Positions 50,120-60,734 of a stretch of DNA of 64,000 nucleotides are shown piece after piece. How positions within the stretch are numbered: position 1 is the first letter of the stretch; every line of letters begins with the position of its first letter. A program made the position numbers and the translations under genes. The notes under the pieces are model-generated. The model ran no database searches and was not told the origin of the DNA. It saw only the letters and a list, made by a program, of their open reading frames with translations. This stretch comes from an uncultured Acidobacteriota bacterium (lineage in GTDB: Bacteria; Actinomycetota; Acidimicrobiia; Spongiisociales; ZC4RG35): assembly GCA_963828465.1 (NCBI GenBank), contig CAWHEU010000022.1:352001-416000 (forward strand), read 5' to 3'.

Positions 50120-50377
50120 CTAGGCGCTAGTAGTGACTCGCTTGGCGAGTCGTGACTTCTTGCGGGCGGCGGCCTTCTTGTGGAGGACGCCCTTCGAGAC
50201 CGCCGTGTCGATCTTCGCCTGCGCCTCGCGGAGCAACTCGTCGGTTGGCTCGCCTGCGGCGGCAGCTGTCTCCACTTTCTTGACACTCGTCTTCAGGTTG
50301 GAGTTGATCGATTTGTTGCGCATACGCCGGATCTCGTTCTGGCGGTTCCGCTTGATCTGTGACTTGATGTTGGCCAT
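50120..50377 (-). CDS. rpsT: 30S ribosomal protein S20
   Basis: [27 protein letters not shown]. Confidence 0.97.
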   Translation of the reverse strand: MANIKSQIKRNRQNEIRRMRNKSINSNLKTSVKKVETAAAAGEPTDELLREAQAKIDTAVSKGVLHKKAAARKKSRLAKRVTTSA

Positions 50378-50495
50378 GTTGAAAAAGGTCTCGATTGGTC
50401 GGGAATCGGCACTCATGGGTCGGGTCTGTGCGCCGGAAACTGCAGAGTAGCAGCCCCATATTCCAAGGTACAATGCCGCCTCCTCCCGGTTTCCC

Positions 50496-52304
50496 GTGAC
50501 CAATCAATCGCGCATACGCAACTTCTCGATAATCGCCCACATCGACCATGGGAAGTCGACCCTGGCCGATCGCCTCCTGGAGTTGACCGGCGCGGTCAGC
50601 GAGCGTGACATGCGTGAGCAGATCCTCGACACGATGGACCTGGAGCGGGAGCGCGGGATCACTATCAAGGCACAGACCGTCCGGCTCTCCTATCGGGCCG
50701 CCGACGGTCATGAATACGAGCTGAACCTCATCGACACGCCGGGGCATGTCGACTTCTCCTACGAGGTGTCCCGCTCGCTTGCTGCATGCGAAGGCGCCTT
50801 GCTGCTGGTGGATGCCGCCCAGGGCGTCCAGGCGCAGACTCTGGCCAATGCCTACCTCGCTGTCGACGCCGGGCTCGAGGTGATACCGGCCATCAACAAG
50901 ATCGATCTGATCGCCGCAGACCCCGACCGCGTCGCCGGCGAGATCACCAACGTGATCGGCGGATCCTCCGACGACATCGTGCGAATCTCGGCCAAGACCG
51001 GAGAAGGCGTGACCGGGCTACTCGAGCGTCTCGTCGAGCAGGTGCCACCACCGGCGGGCGATCCCGATGCCCCTCTGCGCGCCCTCGTCTTCGACTCTTA
51101 CTACGACGCGTACAGGGGAGTGGTCTGTTACGTCCGTGTCGTCGACGGCCGGCTCCGTTCCGGATTCCGGCTGAAGTTCATCGCCACTGGAGAGACACAC
51201 GACGCAGCGGAAGTAGGCGTCCTCACGCCCTCGGCGAAACCGGTCAGCGCCCTCGAAGCGGGAGAGGTTGGCTATCTGATAACCGGGGTCAAGGAGATCG
51301 ACCGGATCAAGGTCGGTGACACTCTGACCGACGCCGCAAGCCCGGCTCGTGACCCGCTGCCCGGTTACGCCGAGCCCAAACCGATGGTTTTCTCGGGTCT
51401 GTTTCCCACCGATGGCGACGACTTCGAACGGTTGCGGGAGGCGCTCGAGAAGCTCCGCCTCAACGACGGGTCATTGATGTGGGAGGCGGAGACGAGTCGC
51501 GCCCTGGGATTCGGGTTCCGGGTCGGCTTCCTCGGCCTGCTCCACATGGAGATCGTGAGGGAGCGCTTGGAGCGCGAGTACGACCTGGACCTGGTCGCCA
51601 CGGCGCCTTCGGTCGCCTATCGAGTGACCCTCCCTGACGGCAGCATTCGAGAGATCAAGTCGCCCCAAGATCTGCCTGACCCCGGGGGCCGGGTCGGCGT
51701 CTCCGAGCCGTACGTTCGGGCGATGATCCTCACCCCGACCGAGTACGTCGGCCCGATCATGGAGCTGGTCACGACGAAACGGGGCGAGATGGGCAACATG
51801 AGCTATCTGAGCCCGGAGCGGGTCGAGCTCGACTACCAGATTCCCCTGGCCGAGATCGTGTTCGACTTCTTCGACCTCCTCAAGTCGAGGACGAAGGGCT
51901 ATGCCTCGCTCGACTATGAGCCGGCCGACTACCGGACGGCTGACCTGGTCAAGGTCGACATCCTGCTCAATGGCCAGCCGGTGGATGCGTTCTCCGCCGT
52001 TCTCCATCGTGACAAAGCCTCCGACTACGGGAAGACGATGACCGGGCGTCTTCGCAGTCTGATCCCGCGCCAGATGTTCGATGTGCCGATACAGGCGGCG
52101 ATCGGGGGCAAGATCATCAGTCGGGAGACGGTGAAGGCGAAACGCAAGGACGTGATCGCCAAGTGCTACGGCGGTGATGTCACACGCAAGAAGAAGCTTC
52201 TCAGCAAGCAGAAGGAAGGCAAGAAGCGAATGAAGATGGTGGGCTCGGTGGAGGTCCCCCAGGAGGCGTTTGTGGCCGCACTCCGGGTCGACGACGACTC
52301 ATGA
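50496..52304 (+). CDS. lepA: Elongation factor 4
   Basis: [26 protein letters not shown]. Confidence 0.98.
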   Translation: MTNQSRIRNFSIIAHIDHGKSTLADRLLELTGAVSERDMREQILDTMDLERERGITIKAQTVRLSYRAADGHEYELNLIDTPGHVDFSYEVSRSLAACEGALLLVDAAQGVQAQTLANAYLAVDAGLEVIPAINKIDLIAADPDRVAGEITNVIGGSSDDIVRISAKTGEGVTGLLERLVEQVPPPAGDPDAPLRALVFDSYYDAYRGVVCYVRVVDGRLRSGFRLKFIATGETHDAAEVGVLTPSAKPVSALEAGEVGYLITGVKEIDRIKVGDTLTDAASPARDPLPGYAEPKPMVFSGLFPTDGDDFERLREALEKLRLNDGSLMWEAETSRALGFGFRVGFLGLLHMEIVRERLEREYDLDLVATAPSVAYRVTLPDGSIREIKSPQDLPDPGGRVGVSEPYVRAMILTPTEYVGPIMELVTTKRGEMGNMSYLSPERVELDYQIPLAEIVFDFFDLLKSRTKGYASLDYEPADYRTADLVKVDILLNGQPVDAFSAVLHRDKASDYGKTMTGRLRSLIPRQMFDVPIQAAIGGKIISRETVKAKRKDVIAKCYGGDVTRKKKLLSKQKEGKKRMKMVGSVEVPQEAFVAALRVDDDS

Positions 52305-53476
52305 ACAGCACAGACGTCGACATCCACGCCTCGAAAGCCGCTGCTTACGTCCACATCCCGTTCTGCTCCGCCGTCTGCCCATACTGCGACTTCGCCGTGG
52401 TGGCTGGGGCGGATGACCGAATCGAGCGTTACATCGATGCCGTCGTCGCCGAGATCCGCATGGCGGGGCCCTGGCAGGAGCTCGAGGCGGTGTACTTCGG
52501 TGGGGGCACCCCAAGCCATGTCAGTCCGCATTTCCTGGGACTGGTTCTCGACGCCCTTCAGGCCTGTCATGGCATCGCAGAAGATGCCGAAGTATCACTG
52601 GAGGCCAACCCCGAGGACTTCAGTGAGCAAAGGGCTGACGCCCTGCTCACCGCCGGATTCAACCGGGTGTCATTCGGGGCTCAGAGTTTCGATGACGGAG
52701 TGCTGGCCAGGTTGGGCCGGCGTCATCGAGCCGAGGACATCGAGGGCTCAGTCGACAACGCACGTCGGGCGGGCTTTGGCAACATCTCGCTCGACCTGAT
52801 CTTCGGCACACCGGAGGAGACTGAACGGTCGTGGGAGGATTCACTGCAACGAGCGGTCGACCTCCGGCCGGACCATGTCTCCTGCTACGCGCTGACCGTC
52901 GAGCCGGGCACTCCGCTTCATCGTGAGGTGAAGGCCGGGGCCGATGCGCCGGATCCCGACGTCCAAGCTGATCGCTACGAGCTTGCCGAGCGACTCCTTC
53001 CCATCGCAGGGCTCGAAAGGTACGAGGTGTCCAACTGGTCCCGAGCCGGCCAGGAATGCAAGTACAACCTCGTCGTTTGGGCCCAGGGCGAGTACGAGGC
53101 CTACGGCAACGGGGCCCACCGCTTCCTGAACGGGGTGCGAAGTCACAACGTGCGCCGGCTCGACGCATACGTGGATCGTGTCGAGGGCGGAATGAGGCCC
53201 ATTGCCGGCGCCGACCCGATCGAGGGTTGGGATGTCGAGATCGACCGCCTCTTCGTTGGTTTGCGCCGATCGGCAGGCGTGGGTACCGGCCCCGGCGTGG
53301 AGTCGCTGCTTCAGACCAGCGGTGGGCAGATGCTGCTCAGAGAAGGGATCATCGAGGTCGCCAAGGGCAGACTCATGGTCCGGCGACCGTTGCTCACCGA
53401 CGAGGTGCACCGCCAAGTGCTCGATCTGGACCCACCGCAGGGGTGGGTGGAGTCGACCAACACGGATAACCTCTGA
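52301..53476 (+). CDS. hemW: Radical SAM heme chaperone HemW
   Basis: [28 protein letters not shown]. Confidence 0.92.
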   Translation: MNSTDVDIHASKAAAYVHIPFCSAVCPYCDFAVVAGADDRIERYIDAVVAEIRMAGPWQELEAVYFGGGTPSHVSPHFLGLVLDALQACHGIAEDAEVSLEANPEDFSEQRADALLTAGFNRVSFGAQSFDDGVLARLGRRHRAEDIEGSVDNARRAGFGNISLDLIFGTPEETERSWEDSLQRAVDLRPDHVSCYALTVEPGTPLHREVKAGADAPDPDVQADRYELAERLLPIAGLERYEVSNWSRAGQECKYNLVVWAQGEYEAYGNGAHRFLNGVRSHNVRRLDAYVDRVEGGMRPIAGADPIEGWDVEIDRLFVGLRRSAGVGTGPGVESLLQTSGGQMLLREGIIEVAKGRLMVRRPLLTDEVHRQVLDLDPPQGWVESTNTDNL

Positions 53477-53482
53477 TGCAAC

Positions 53483-54484
53483 ATGCTTGAAGATCGTCGG
53501 TCCGAGATCCTTCGCGCCCTGGTTGAGGAGCACATTCGTTCGGGGGAGCCGGTGAGTTCCCGTGCCATCGTGGACCGCGCCCATCTGCCGGTCTCCAGTG
53601 CGACCGTGAGGAACGACTTGGCCGCCCTCGAGGCGGAGGGCTTCGTCATCCAGCCCCACACGTCGGCCGGCAGGGTCCCTACCGCCGCCGCTTATCGGTA
53701 TTACGTCGACCATCTCGGCCCGGGGAGGCTTCGCTCGACGGCGCAGGCCAAGATCAACTCCTTCTTCGGCGAGGTTCATCTCGAGCTCTCCAAGCTGCTC
53801 AAGGAGACTTCCGATCTCCTTGCCGAGGTGACAGATTTGCCTGCTGTCGTCGTGGCCCCGGCCCTCCGTGGGGACCGGGTGCGTGATCTGCACAGCGTTC
53901 AGGTCACGGCCGATCAGATGCTGCTGATCGTCGTCACAGACGGGGGCCGTGTGCTCCAGCAGAGGGCCAGGGTCCGGGTCCCGATCACCGCGACCGAGTT
54001 GGAAGAGGCCCACCGAGTGGTCAGTGCTGCCGTCGTCGGGTCGGACCTCGGGGCCACCCCGATGATCAGCGAAGAGGTGCTCGGAGGACTCGACGAGCGA
54101 ACACGTGAGGCGGTCCTGACCATGAACGACGGATTGCATCTGGCCGCGGCCGCAGGCACGGAGATCTTCATCGGAGGGACTCAGCGGCTCACCTCGGTGT
54201 GGGAGGACCTCAGCGCCGTGCAGCGAATCCTGGAAGTGCTTGCCCGTGAGGCCGAGGTCATGAAGATCCTTGCGGTGGCCTCGGGGACATCGATTCAGAT
54301 TGGTGCCGAGTTGCATTTGCAAGATGTCGACCTTGCCGTCGTCTCCAAGACCTACGAGGCGGGGGCCAGCGGCGGGTCGGTTGGCGTCATCGGGCCGATG
54401 CGGATGAACTACAAGCGGGCCATCTCGGCGGTCGAGGAGGTCTCCCGCGAGTTGGAGGACCGGATCAGCTCCGAAAAAGACTGA
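53483..54484 (+). CDS. hrcA: Heat-inducible transcription repressor
   Basis: SSATVRN, QPHTSAGRVPT, IGPMRMNY. Confidence 0.96.
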   Translation: MLEDRRSEILRALVEEHIRSGEPVSSRAIVDRAHLPVSSATVRNDLAALEAEGFVIQPHTSAGRVPTAAAYRYYVDHLGPGRLRSTAQAKINSFFGEVHLELSKLLKETSDLLAEVTDLPAVVVAPALRGDRVRDLHSVQVTADQMLLIVVTDGGRVLQQRARVRVPITATELEEAHRVVSAAVVGSDLGATPMISEEVLGGLDERTREAVLTMNDGLHLAAAAGTEIFIGGTQRLTSVWEDLSAVQRILEVLAREAEVMKILAVASGTSIQIGAELHLQDVDLAVVSKTYEAGASGGSVGVIGPMRMNYKRAISAVEEVSRELEDRISSEKD

Positions 54485-54487
54485 CCG

Positions 54488-55564
54488 ATGGCCAAGAACT
54501 ATTACGACATCCTGGGGGTCGGTAGGGACGCCACCAGTGAAGAGATCAAGAAGGCCTTTCGGCTGATCGCGCGCGCCACCCATCCCGATGCCAATCCGGG
54601 CGATCCGGTGGCGGAGGCTCGGTTTCGTGATGCAGCCGAGGCCTATGAGGTCCTGTCCGATCCGGATCGGCGACGCCGATACGACAGGGGAGACACGATC
54701 GATCTCTCAGATCTGTTCGCCGGCTTTGGCGGATTCGACGATCTTCTGCGTTCGGTGTTCGGCGACAGCTCGATGTTTGGTGGTGGGGCCCGGAGTCGTC
54801 CGACCCGGGGTGGCGACGTCCTGGTTCGGACGGAAGTCGATCTGATCGATGCCGCCTTCGGCACCGATGTCGAGGTCACCTTCGCGACCATGGACACGTG
54901 CCAGGTCTGTTCCGGCACCGGAGCCGAGGAGGGTCATGGTCAGACCACCTGTCCTGAGTGCGGCGGCGCAGGCTCGGTGCGGATGGCGCGACGATCCCTC
55001 TTCGGCACGATGATGACCGTTGTCACGTGCCCGAGCTGTCGTGGCGAGGGCGTGCTGGTGACCAGCCCGTGTTCGGCTTGCTCAGGGATCGGCGCCGTGG
55101 ATGGCGAGCGAACGATGACCGTCGAAGTTCCCGCGGGCGTGTCCTCCGGGACGCGCTTACGCATCTCGGGTCGTGGTCAGTCGGGAGGACGTTACGGGCC
55201 GCCCGGCGACCTCTACGTCGAGATCCTGGTTGCCCCCGACACCCGGTTCGAGCGTCACGACTCCGATCTCGTCCATCGTGTGTCGGTCGGCATCGCCGAG
55301 GCGTCGCTCGGGACCAGGATCGCCATCCCTTTGATCGAGGGCGGCGAGAGCGATCTCGACATCCCGGCCGGCACCCAACCCGAGACCGTGTTCCGGATGC
55401 CAGGCATGGGCGTCACGCATCTCGGCCGGCGGACGAGGGGCGACCTCCATGTAGTCGTCTCCGTCGCAGTTCCGCGCGACCTCACCAGTGACGAGGAGGA
55501 AGCCCTCCGGCGATGGGCCGAGTTGCGGGGTGAGAGGACGGACCGGCCCGCCTCGGCCGGCTGA
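54488..55564 (+). CDS. dnaJ: Chaperone DnaJ
   Basis: J domain HPD, four CxxCxGxG repeats, PAGTQP. Confidence 0.95.
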   Translation: MAKNYYDILGVGRDATSEEIKKAFRLIARATHPDANPGDPVAEARFRDAAEAYEVLSDPDRRRRYDRGDTIDLSDLFAGFGGFDDLLRSVFGDSSMFGGGARSRPTRGGDVLVRTEVDLIDAAFGTDVEVTFATMDTCQVCSGTGAEEGHGQTTCPECGGAGSVRMARRSLFGTMMTVVTCPSCRGEGVLVTSPCSACSGIGAVDGERTMTVEVPAGVSSGTRLRISGRGQSGGRYGPPGDLYVEILVAPDTRFERHDSDLVHRVSVGIAEASLGTRIAIPLIEGGESDLDIPAGTQPETVFRMPGMGVTHLGRRTRGDLHVVVSVAVPRDLTSDEEEALRRWAELRGERTDRPASAG

Positions 55565-55576
55565 TCCAGTAAGCCG

Positions 55577-56208
55577 ATGGGCCACGTGCCGCATCTTCTG
55601 GTTCCGGGTCCCTGGACCGGGGACCTTCTGAAGCTGTCGGTGGAGCAAAGACGCCATCTCGAGAAGGTCCTCCGCGTTGGAGACGGAGAGCCGGTGTCTT
55701 ACACCGACGGCGAAGGGCGGGCCGGCGACGGGCAGCTTCTGAGCGGTGGGGTGGTGAGGGGGCAGGAGATCTTGGTCCCTGCCCCATCTGACCTGATTGT
55801 GATTGCCGCCCCGCCAGACAATCGGGATCGAGCCCGATTCCTGGTCGAGAAGCTCGCCGAGATGGGTGTAGCCGAATTGCTCTTCGTCGACACCAGGCAC
55901 GGGCACGGCCGACCGCCAAATGCAACGAAGCTTCGATCGTGGTCGGTGTCAGGCCTGGAGCAGTCTCGAGGTGCATGGTTGATGAGGACTTCGGACACTC
56001 TGGTCGCCCTCGCCGCGATCGATCGACCCTTCGTGGTGTGCGATCGGGGCGGAGGACGGGAGACTCCCCCCGCGGGACAGTGGTCATCGGGCCCGAGGGC
56101 GGATGGGCATCGGGTGAGATCCCGGAGGATGTGATCCGCTGGGATCTAGGCGATACGGTGCTCCGGGTGGAGACTGCCGCTCTCGTGGCCGCAGCGCGCC
56201 TCCTATGA
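55577..56208 (+). CDS. rsmE: 16S rRNA m3U1498 methyltransferase (frameshift near 56070)
   Basis: HLEKVLR, EKLAEMGV; IGPEGGW and LRVETAA in the second frame. Confidence 0.9.
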
Positions 56209-56260
56209 ATCCTGGCGCGGAACATGTAGCATCTCGCCACGGGCTTACGGGAGGAGACCC

Positions 56261-56674
56261 TTGGTGGACAGGTTCAGTGCTTCGCTTGGCTTGCGCCTGC
56301 GCGCAGCACGTCGTCAGCGGGGTTGGTCGCTGGGGGAGCTCGAGTCATATACAGGCGGTGAGTTCAAGGCGTCCGTCGTCGGCGCATATGAGCGTGGAGA
56401 GCGCGCGCTGAGTGTTCAACGACTGGTCCGCCTGGCGGAGATCTATGCGGTCCCACCCTCCGATCTCTTACCCCTCGGTTCTCAGGAGCGAGGTGTTTTG
56501 ATCGATCTGGATGTGGCCGCCGAGGGCAAGGATGGCGATCTCATCGACCGATATCTCGCTGCAATCCATTTTCTGCGCCGTGAGGGCAGGCCCGATGAGG
56601 TCCGCGACTCCGACAAGGCGGTGATCGCCTCATTGCTCGATTCGACGGTGGAAGTCGCCTCCGGGCCTGACTGA
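56261..56674 (+). CDS. BldD-like XRE-family regulator
   Basis: LGLRLRAAR..FKASVVGAYERGERALSVQRL..LLP; C-terminal IDL..RYLAAI..RDSD. Confidence 0.85.
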   Translation: MVDRFSASLGLRLRAARRQRGWSLGELESYTGGEFKASVVGAYERGERALSVQRLVRLAEIYAVPPSDLLPLGSQERGVLIDLDVAAEGKDGDLIDRYLAAIHFLRREGRPDEVRDSDKAVIASLLDSTVEVASGPD

Positions 56675-56741
56675 ATTCTCCGAATCAGCATGGGGCGGCC
56701 TCTACAATGGTCGCGACGCCACAGAGAGGGCGTCGTCTTCT

Positions 56742-57722
56742 GTGCCCACTGAGCAACCCACCGAATCTATCGACTCGCGTTTACGCGTCCCCAGCCATCA
56801 TTTGATGCTGGATCTCTTGGGCGAGGCCGACAGACACCTGCGTCAGGTCGAAGCCCATTTCCCGGACGTGCGATTCATCGCGCGCGGAGACGAGGTGGCT
56901 TTCAAGGGGCCCGATACCGAAGTCGAGCGAGCCCGAACTGTGCTCGAAGAGTTGCTCATCCTCGTCCAGGAGGGCCATGCCCTCGACTCGGCCCGGGTCG
57001 ACGAAGTCGTGAAGATGGTCATCGAGGACGTGCCCAGCCCATCGGGCGTGCTCTCCGATGGGATCCCGGTGGGGCGCGGGCGGATGATCCGCCCCAAGAC
57101 CCATGGCCAGCAGAAGTACATGGAAGCCATCAGGGAGAACACTCTGACCTTTGGCATCGGGCCTGCCGGCACCGGGAAGACTTATCTGGCCATGGCCGCA
57201 GCGGTGGACAGCTTGGTCAGCGGGTCGGTGCGTCGAATCATCCTCACCCGCCCCGCCGTCGAGGCGGGGGAGAGGCTCGGATTCCTGCCGGGGGATCTCG
57301 CCGCCAAGGTCGATCCTTACCTGCGACCCCTTTACGACGCCTTGTGGGACATGCTCGGCCCCGAGGAGACCGGAGCGCTGGTCGAGAAGGGAACTATCGA
57401 GATAGCCCCGCTCGCTTATATGAGAGGAAGGACTCTCAACGACGCCTGTGTCATCCTCGACGAAGCTCAGAACACGACGCCGGAGCAGATGAAGATGTTC
57501 CTGACCCGGCTCGGGTTCAACTCCAAGATGATCATCACAGGTGACATGACCCAGACCGATCTCCCGGACAACCGGCGGTCGGGTCTCATGGTCGTCCGCG
57601 AGATTTTGAGCGATATTCCCGGTGTCTCCTTCGTGGAGCTCACTGCCCGCGACGTTGTGCGGCATCGCATCGTCGCCTCGATCGTCGAGGCGTATGCCAG
57701 GTTCGAGAGCAAGGTCAAGTGA
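56742..57722 (+). CDS. phoH: PhoH-family ATPase
   Basis: GPAGTGKTYLA, RPAVEAGERLGFLPG, MRGRTL, DEAQN. Confidence 0.96.
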   Translation: MPTEQPTESIDSRLRVPSHHLMLDLLGEADRHLRQVEAHFPDVRFIARGDEVAFKGPDTEVERARTVLEELLILVQEGHALDSARVDEVVKMVIEDVPSPSGVLSDGIPVGRGRMIRPKTHGQQKYMEAIRENTLTFGIGPAGTGKTYLAMAAAVDSLVSGSVRRIILTRPAVEAGERLGFLPGDLAAKVDPYLRPLYDALWDMLGPEETGALVEKGTIEIAPLAYMRGRTLNDACVILDEAQNTTPEQMKMFLTRLGFNSKMIITGDMTQTDLPDNRRSGLMVVREILSDIPGVSFVELTARDVVRHRIVASIVEAYARFESKVK

Positions 57723-60232
57723 TGCCGCGGCCGACACTGGTCCGCCTCGCAACCTTCGTCGCCACAGTTGTGGCGGCGTGGGGCGTGTTGTCCCTAGGAG
57801 GGGGGTCGGCTGACCCCGAGTTGACGGTGGGCGAATTGGCCCCTCGTGAGTATCGGGCCCAGATTCCGGGGACGGTGACCGACGAGGCCGAGACCGAAGC
57901 GCTGAGACAGGAAGCCAGGGAATCCGTCCCGCCGATCGAGCAGATCAACGAGCAAATCGAGAGCACGGTGAATACGAATGTGACGGGCGTGTTCGACGAC
58001 GTGCAGGCACTGGCGATCGGTGAGCCCTTGGATCCCCCGGCACCACAGGCCACGGAGGCCCCTCCCACGACGGTGGCCGAGGAGACGACCGAGACCACCG
58101 ACGTACCCGAGCCCGCCGTCCTGACCGGCACCGTGTTCCTCGACGTGGAATCCGATGGCGAGTTCGACCCGGAGGCGGAAGGGGCACGAGTCGACGCCGG
58201 GGTCGAGCGGATCGCAGTGACTATCCAGGCGGGCGAGCAGACGTTCGAGGTGATGACCGATGCAAACGGTGTCTGGTCGGCCGAGGTGCCCGCAGGTGCC
58301 GCCCTGGTGCGCATGGACCCCGCGGATGCCCAGATACCGGAGGGCTACGTCGTGGGCAGTCCCAACTACCAGCAGTTGGTGGAGTGCGATTCCGCCGACA
58401 CGTGCACGGCCGAGGTGATCCCGTTGCAAGTGAACCTCCGCCCGATCGATGAGGTGATCGCTCGAGTGACGGCGTCCCACACCGTCGCCAGCGATGCGGT
58501 CTCGACACTTGCACTCGCCGCCAGCGATGACGTCATCAGGGCGGCGCTGGGTGAGGACCCCCACTTCCCATTGATCCGACAGGCGGCGGTGGATCGGCTC
58601 TTCCAGGAGTTCGGCCTCAGGATCACGCCCGACCAACTTCAGACTGCACAGCAACGCCTCCGCTCCAACCCACCCCAGGTGGTCTATCTGGACACCAGTC
58701 CTCCGGGCCCAGACGCCGCAGCAAGTGAAGCTGCAGGTGAGATCGTGGCGACGTTCCTCCAGGCCAACTATCTGGTCGACGAGGCGGCAACCGAAGAGGC
58801 GAGGGACGAGGCTGCGGAAGCAGTAGAAGACGTGCAGGCCGACTACGCCTTTGACCAGTTGATAGTCGCCCCGGGAGTTCCGGTCACCCAGCTCCAGATC
58901 GACGCGATAGCTGCCACGACGTCCTCCGCATCACAGGCGGAGGCGGACGGTGGCCTGCTCGCCGTTCTCGGTGTGCTGGTTGGGCTTCTTGGCCTCTATC
59001 TCTCGCGATTCCGGGCCGAGTTCTGGGCCCGACCCCGGATGATTGCTCTCCTCGGCATTCTCATCGTCCTTGCCGCTGGTGCAGTCAAGGCGACGGTCAT
59101 CTTCCAGCCTCAATCGAGCTGGTACGTCCTCCCGGCAGTGGCATTCGGATTCATGACAGCCGTTCTCTTCGACTCGCGCATCGCCGTGCTCATGGCATTG
59201 GCGGTTGGCGTCATCGCCGCGGTTGGGACCCAGGACACCGGGGTCGCGGTTTATGCCACCCTCGCCACCCTTGCCCCGATCCCGTTCGTGAGCTCGGTGA
59301 CGAGCCGCGGCGGCTTCCGGACCGCGGTCGTCTTCTCTGCCTTGACCGCCGCTGTCGTCGCCGGAGCCACGGCGTCTTTCTTCCACGTCGGCCCCAATGA
59401 CATCGTGTGGGAGGTGGTCGGCATTTCCATGGCTTGGGCATTCGGCATCTCGGCGGTCGCCGCGCTCGTGGGTCTGGCCGGCTTGCAGTTCTTCGAGTCG
59501 GCTTTTGACATCACCACCAGTCTCAGCCTCCTCGATCTGACCGATCGCAACCACGAGGCACTCCAGTTGCTCCAGGAAAAAGCCTTCGGGACTTTCAACC
59601 ACTCCCTGATGGTGGGGACTCTTGCCCACGCCGCCGCCCGTGCCATCGGGGCCAACGCCCTTCTGGCTCGAGCAATGGCCTACTACCACGACCTGGGCAA
59701 GACGGAACACCCGACGATGTTCATCGAGAACCAGTTCGGGATCCAGAACCCTCACGATTTCATGACGCCGCTCGAATCCGCCGAGGTCATCCGCAGGCAC
59801 GTGAGCGACGGGATCGTGCTGGCCCGGCAATTCAAGATCCCATCGGACGTTGCCACGGGAATCGTCAGCCACCATGGCGATGGGATCATGCGCTTCTTCT
59901 ATGAGAAGGCCAGGTCGCAGAACGGCGATCACGTGGATCCCAACGATTTCCGCCACATCGGGCACAAGCCGAGAACGGCCGAGACGGCGATCGTGATGCT
60001 GTCCGACTCTCTGGAAGCGGCCTGCCGGGCCAACTTCCAAACCGAGGAGCCAACGCCCGAAGCCATAGAGAAAGTCGTGGACAGAGTCATCGATGAGAAG
60101 CTGAACGACGGCCAGCTCTCCGAGTCGCCGCTGACACTCGCCGAGATGACCTCGATCCGCTCGGCTTTCCTCGACTCGCTGGTCGGTCATTACCATCAGC
60201 GGATCGCGTATCCCAACTTCCCCGGAACCTGA
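57719..60232 (+). CDS. 7TM-HD (HDIG) phosphohydrolase, PgpH-like c-di-AMP phosphodiesterase
   Basis: GTFNHSL, YYHDLGK, FIENQ, SHHG, RIAYP; phoH-X-ybeY synteny. Confidence 0.88.
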   Translation: MMPRPTLVRLATFVATVVAAWGVLSLGGGSADPELTVGELAPREYRAQIPGTVTDEAETEALRQEARESVPPIEQINEQIESTVNTNVTGVFDDVQALAIGEPLDPPAPQATEAPPTTVAEETTETTDVPEPAVLTGTVFLDVESDGEFDPEAEGARVDAGVERIAVTIQAGEQTFEVMTDANGVWSAEVPAGAALVRMDPADAQIPEGYVVGSPNYQQLVECDSADTCTAEVIPLQVNLRPIDEVIARVTASHTVASDAVSTLALAASDDVIRAALGEDPHFPLIRQAAVDRLFQEFGLRITPDQLQTAQQRLRSNPPQVVYLDTSPPGPDAAASEAAGEIVATFLQANYLVDEAATEEARDEAAEAVEDVQADYAFDQLIVAPGVPVTQLQIDAIAATTSSASQAEADGGLLAVLGVLVGLLGLYLSRFRAEFWARPRMIALLGILIVLAAGAVKATVIFQPQSSWYVLPAVAFGFMTAVLFDSRIAVLMALAVGVIAAVGTQDTGVAVYATLATLAPIPFVSSVTSRGGFRTAVVFSALTAAVVAGATASFFHVGPNDIVWEVVGISMAWAFGISAVAALVGLAGLQFFESAFDITTSLSLLDLTDRNHEALQLLQEKAFGTFNHSLMVGTLAHAAARAIGANALLARAMAYYHDLGKTEHPTMFIENQFGIQNPHDFMTPLESAEVIRRHVSDGIVLARQFKIPSDVATGIVSHHGDGIMRFFYEKARSQNGDHVDPNDFRHIGHKPRTAETAIVMLSDSLEAACRANFQTEEPTPEAIEKVVDRVIDEKLNDGQLSESPLTLAEMTSIRSAFLDSLVGHYHQRIAYPNFPGT

Positions 60233-60269
60233 TGGACGACCCTCCGAGTCGAAAACCCGGCGCCGGCCA

Positions 60270-60734
60270 GTGAGCGTCTTCCTGGCCGACGAACAAGGTG
60301 AGCCGGTCGATCTCCTCCAGTTGCGTCATCTGGCTGAGGTGGTGCTCACCGAGGAGGGATACCCGGACGAGACCGAGGTGACCGTGCTCCTCGTCAGCGA
60401 CGACGAGATGGCCTCTTACAACGAGCGCTTCCTCGATCGATCAGGCCCTACCGATGTCCTCGCCTTCCCGGTCGAGGAGTTGACACCGGGCTTCGTGCCC
60501 GACCAACACCCCGCCGGACCTCCGCTCGTCATCGGCGATGTCATCGTCGCCCCGGCCTATGTCAGCCGCCAGGCGGCCGAGACCGAGATCGGTTTCGACG
60601 ACGAGATGGCCCTCATGGTCGTCCATGGCATCCTGCATCTGCTGGGGTATGACCACATCGACGACACCGACGCCGAGCGGATGGAGCGTCGGGAAGCCGA
60701 GTTGTTGTCGATGGTTGGTGTGGTGCGAAGATGA
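60270..60734 (+). CDS. ybeY: rRNA maturation RNase YbeY
   Basis: PTDVLAF, HGILHLLGYDH. Confidence 0.96.
   Translation: MSVFLADEQGEPVDLLQLRHLAEVVLTEEGYPDETEVTVLLVSDDEMASYNERFLDRSGPTDVLAFPVEELTPGFVPDQHPAGPPLVIGDVIVAPAYVSRQAAETEIGFDDEMALMVVHGILHLLGYDHIDDTDAERMERREAELLSMVGVVRR

Noticed and set aside
52841-54583. Long antisense ORFs (e.g. 580 aa here; also 26499..28061, 58931..60196)
   Set aside because: Shadow frames of high-GC genes with no motifs of their own
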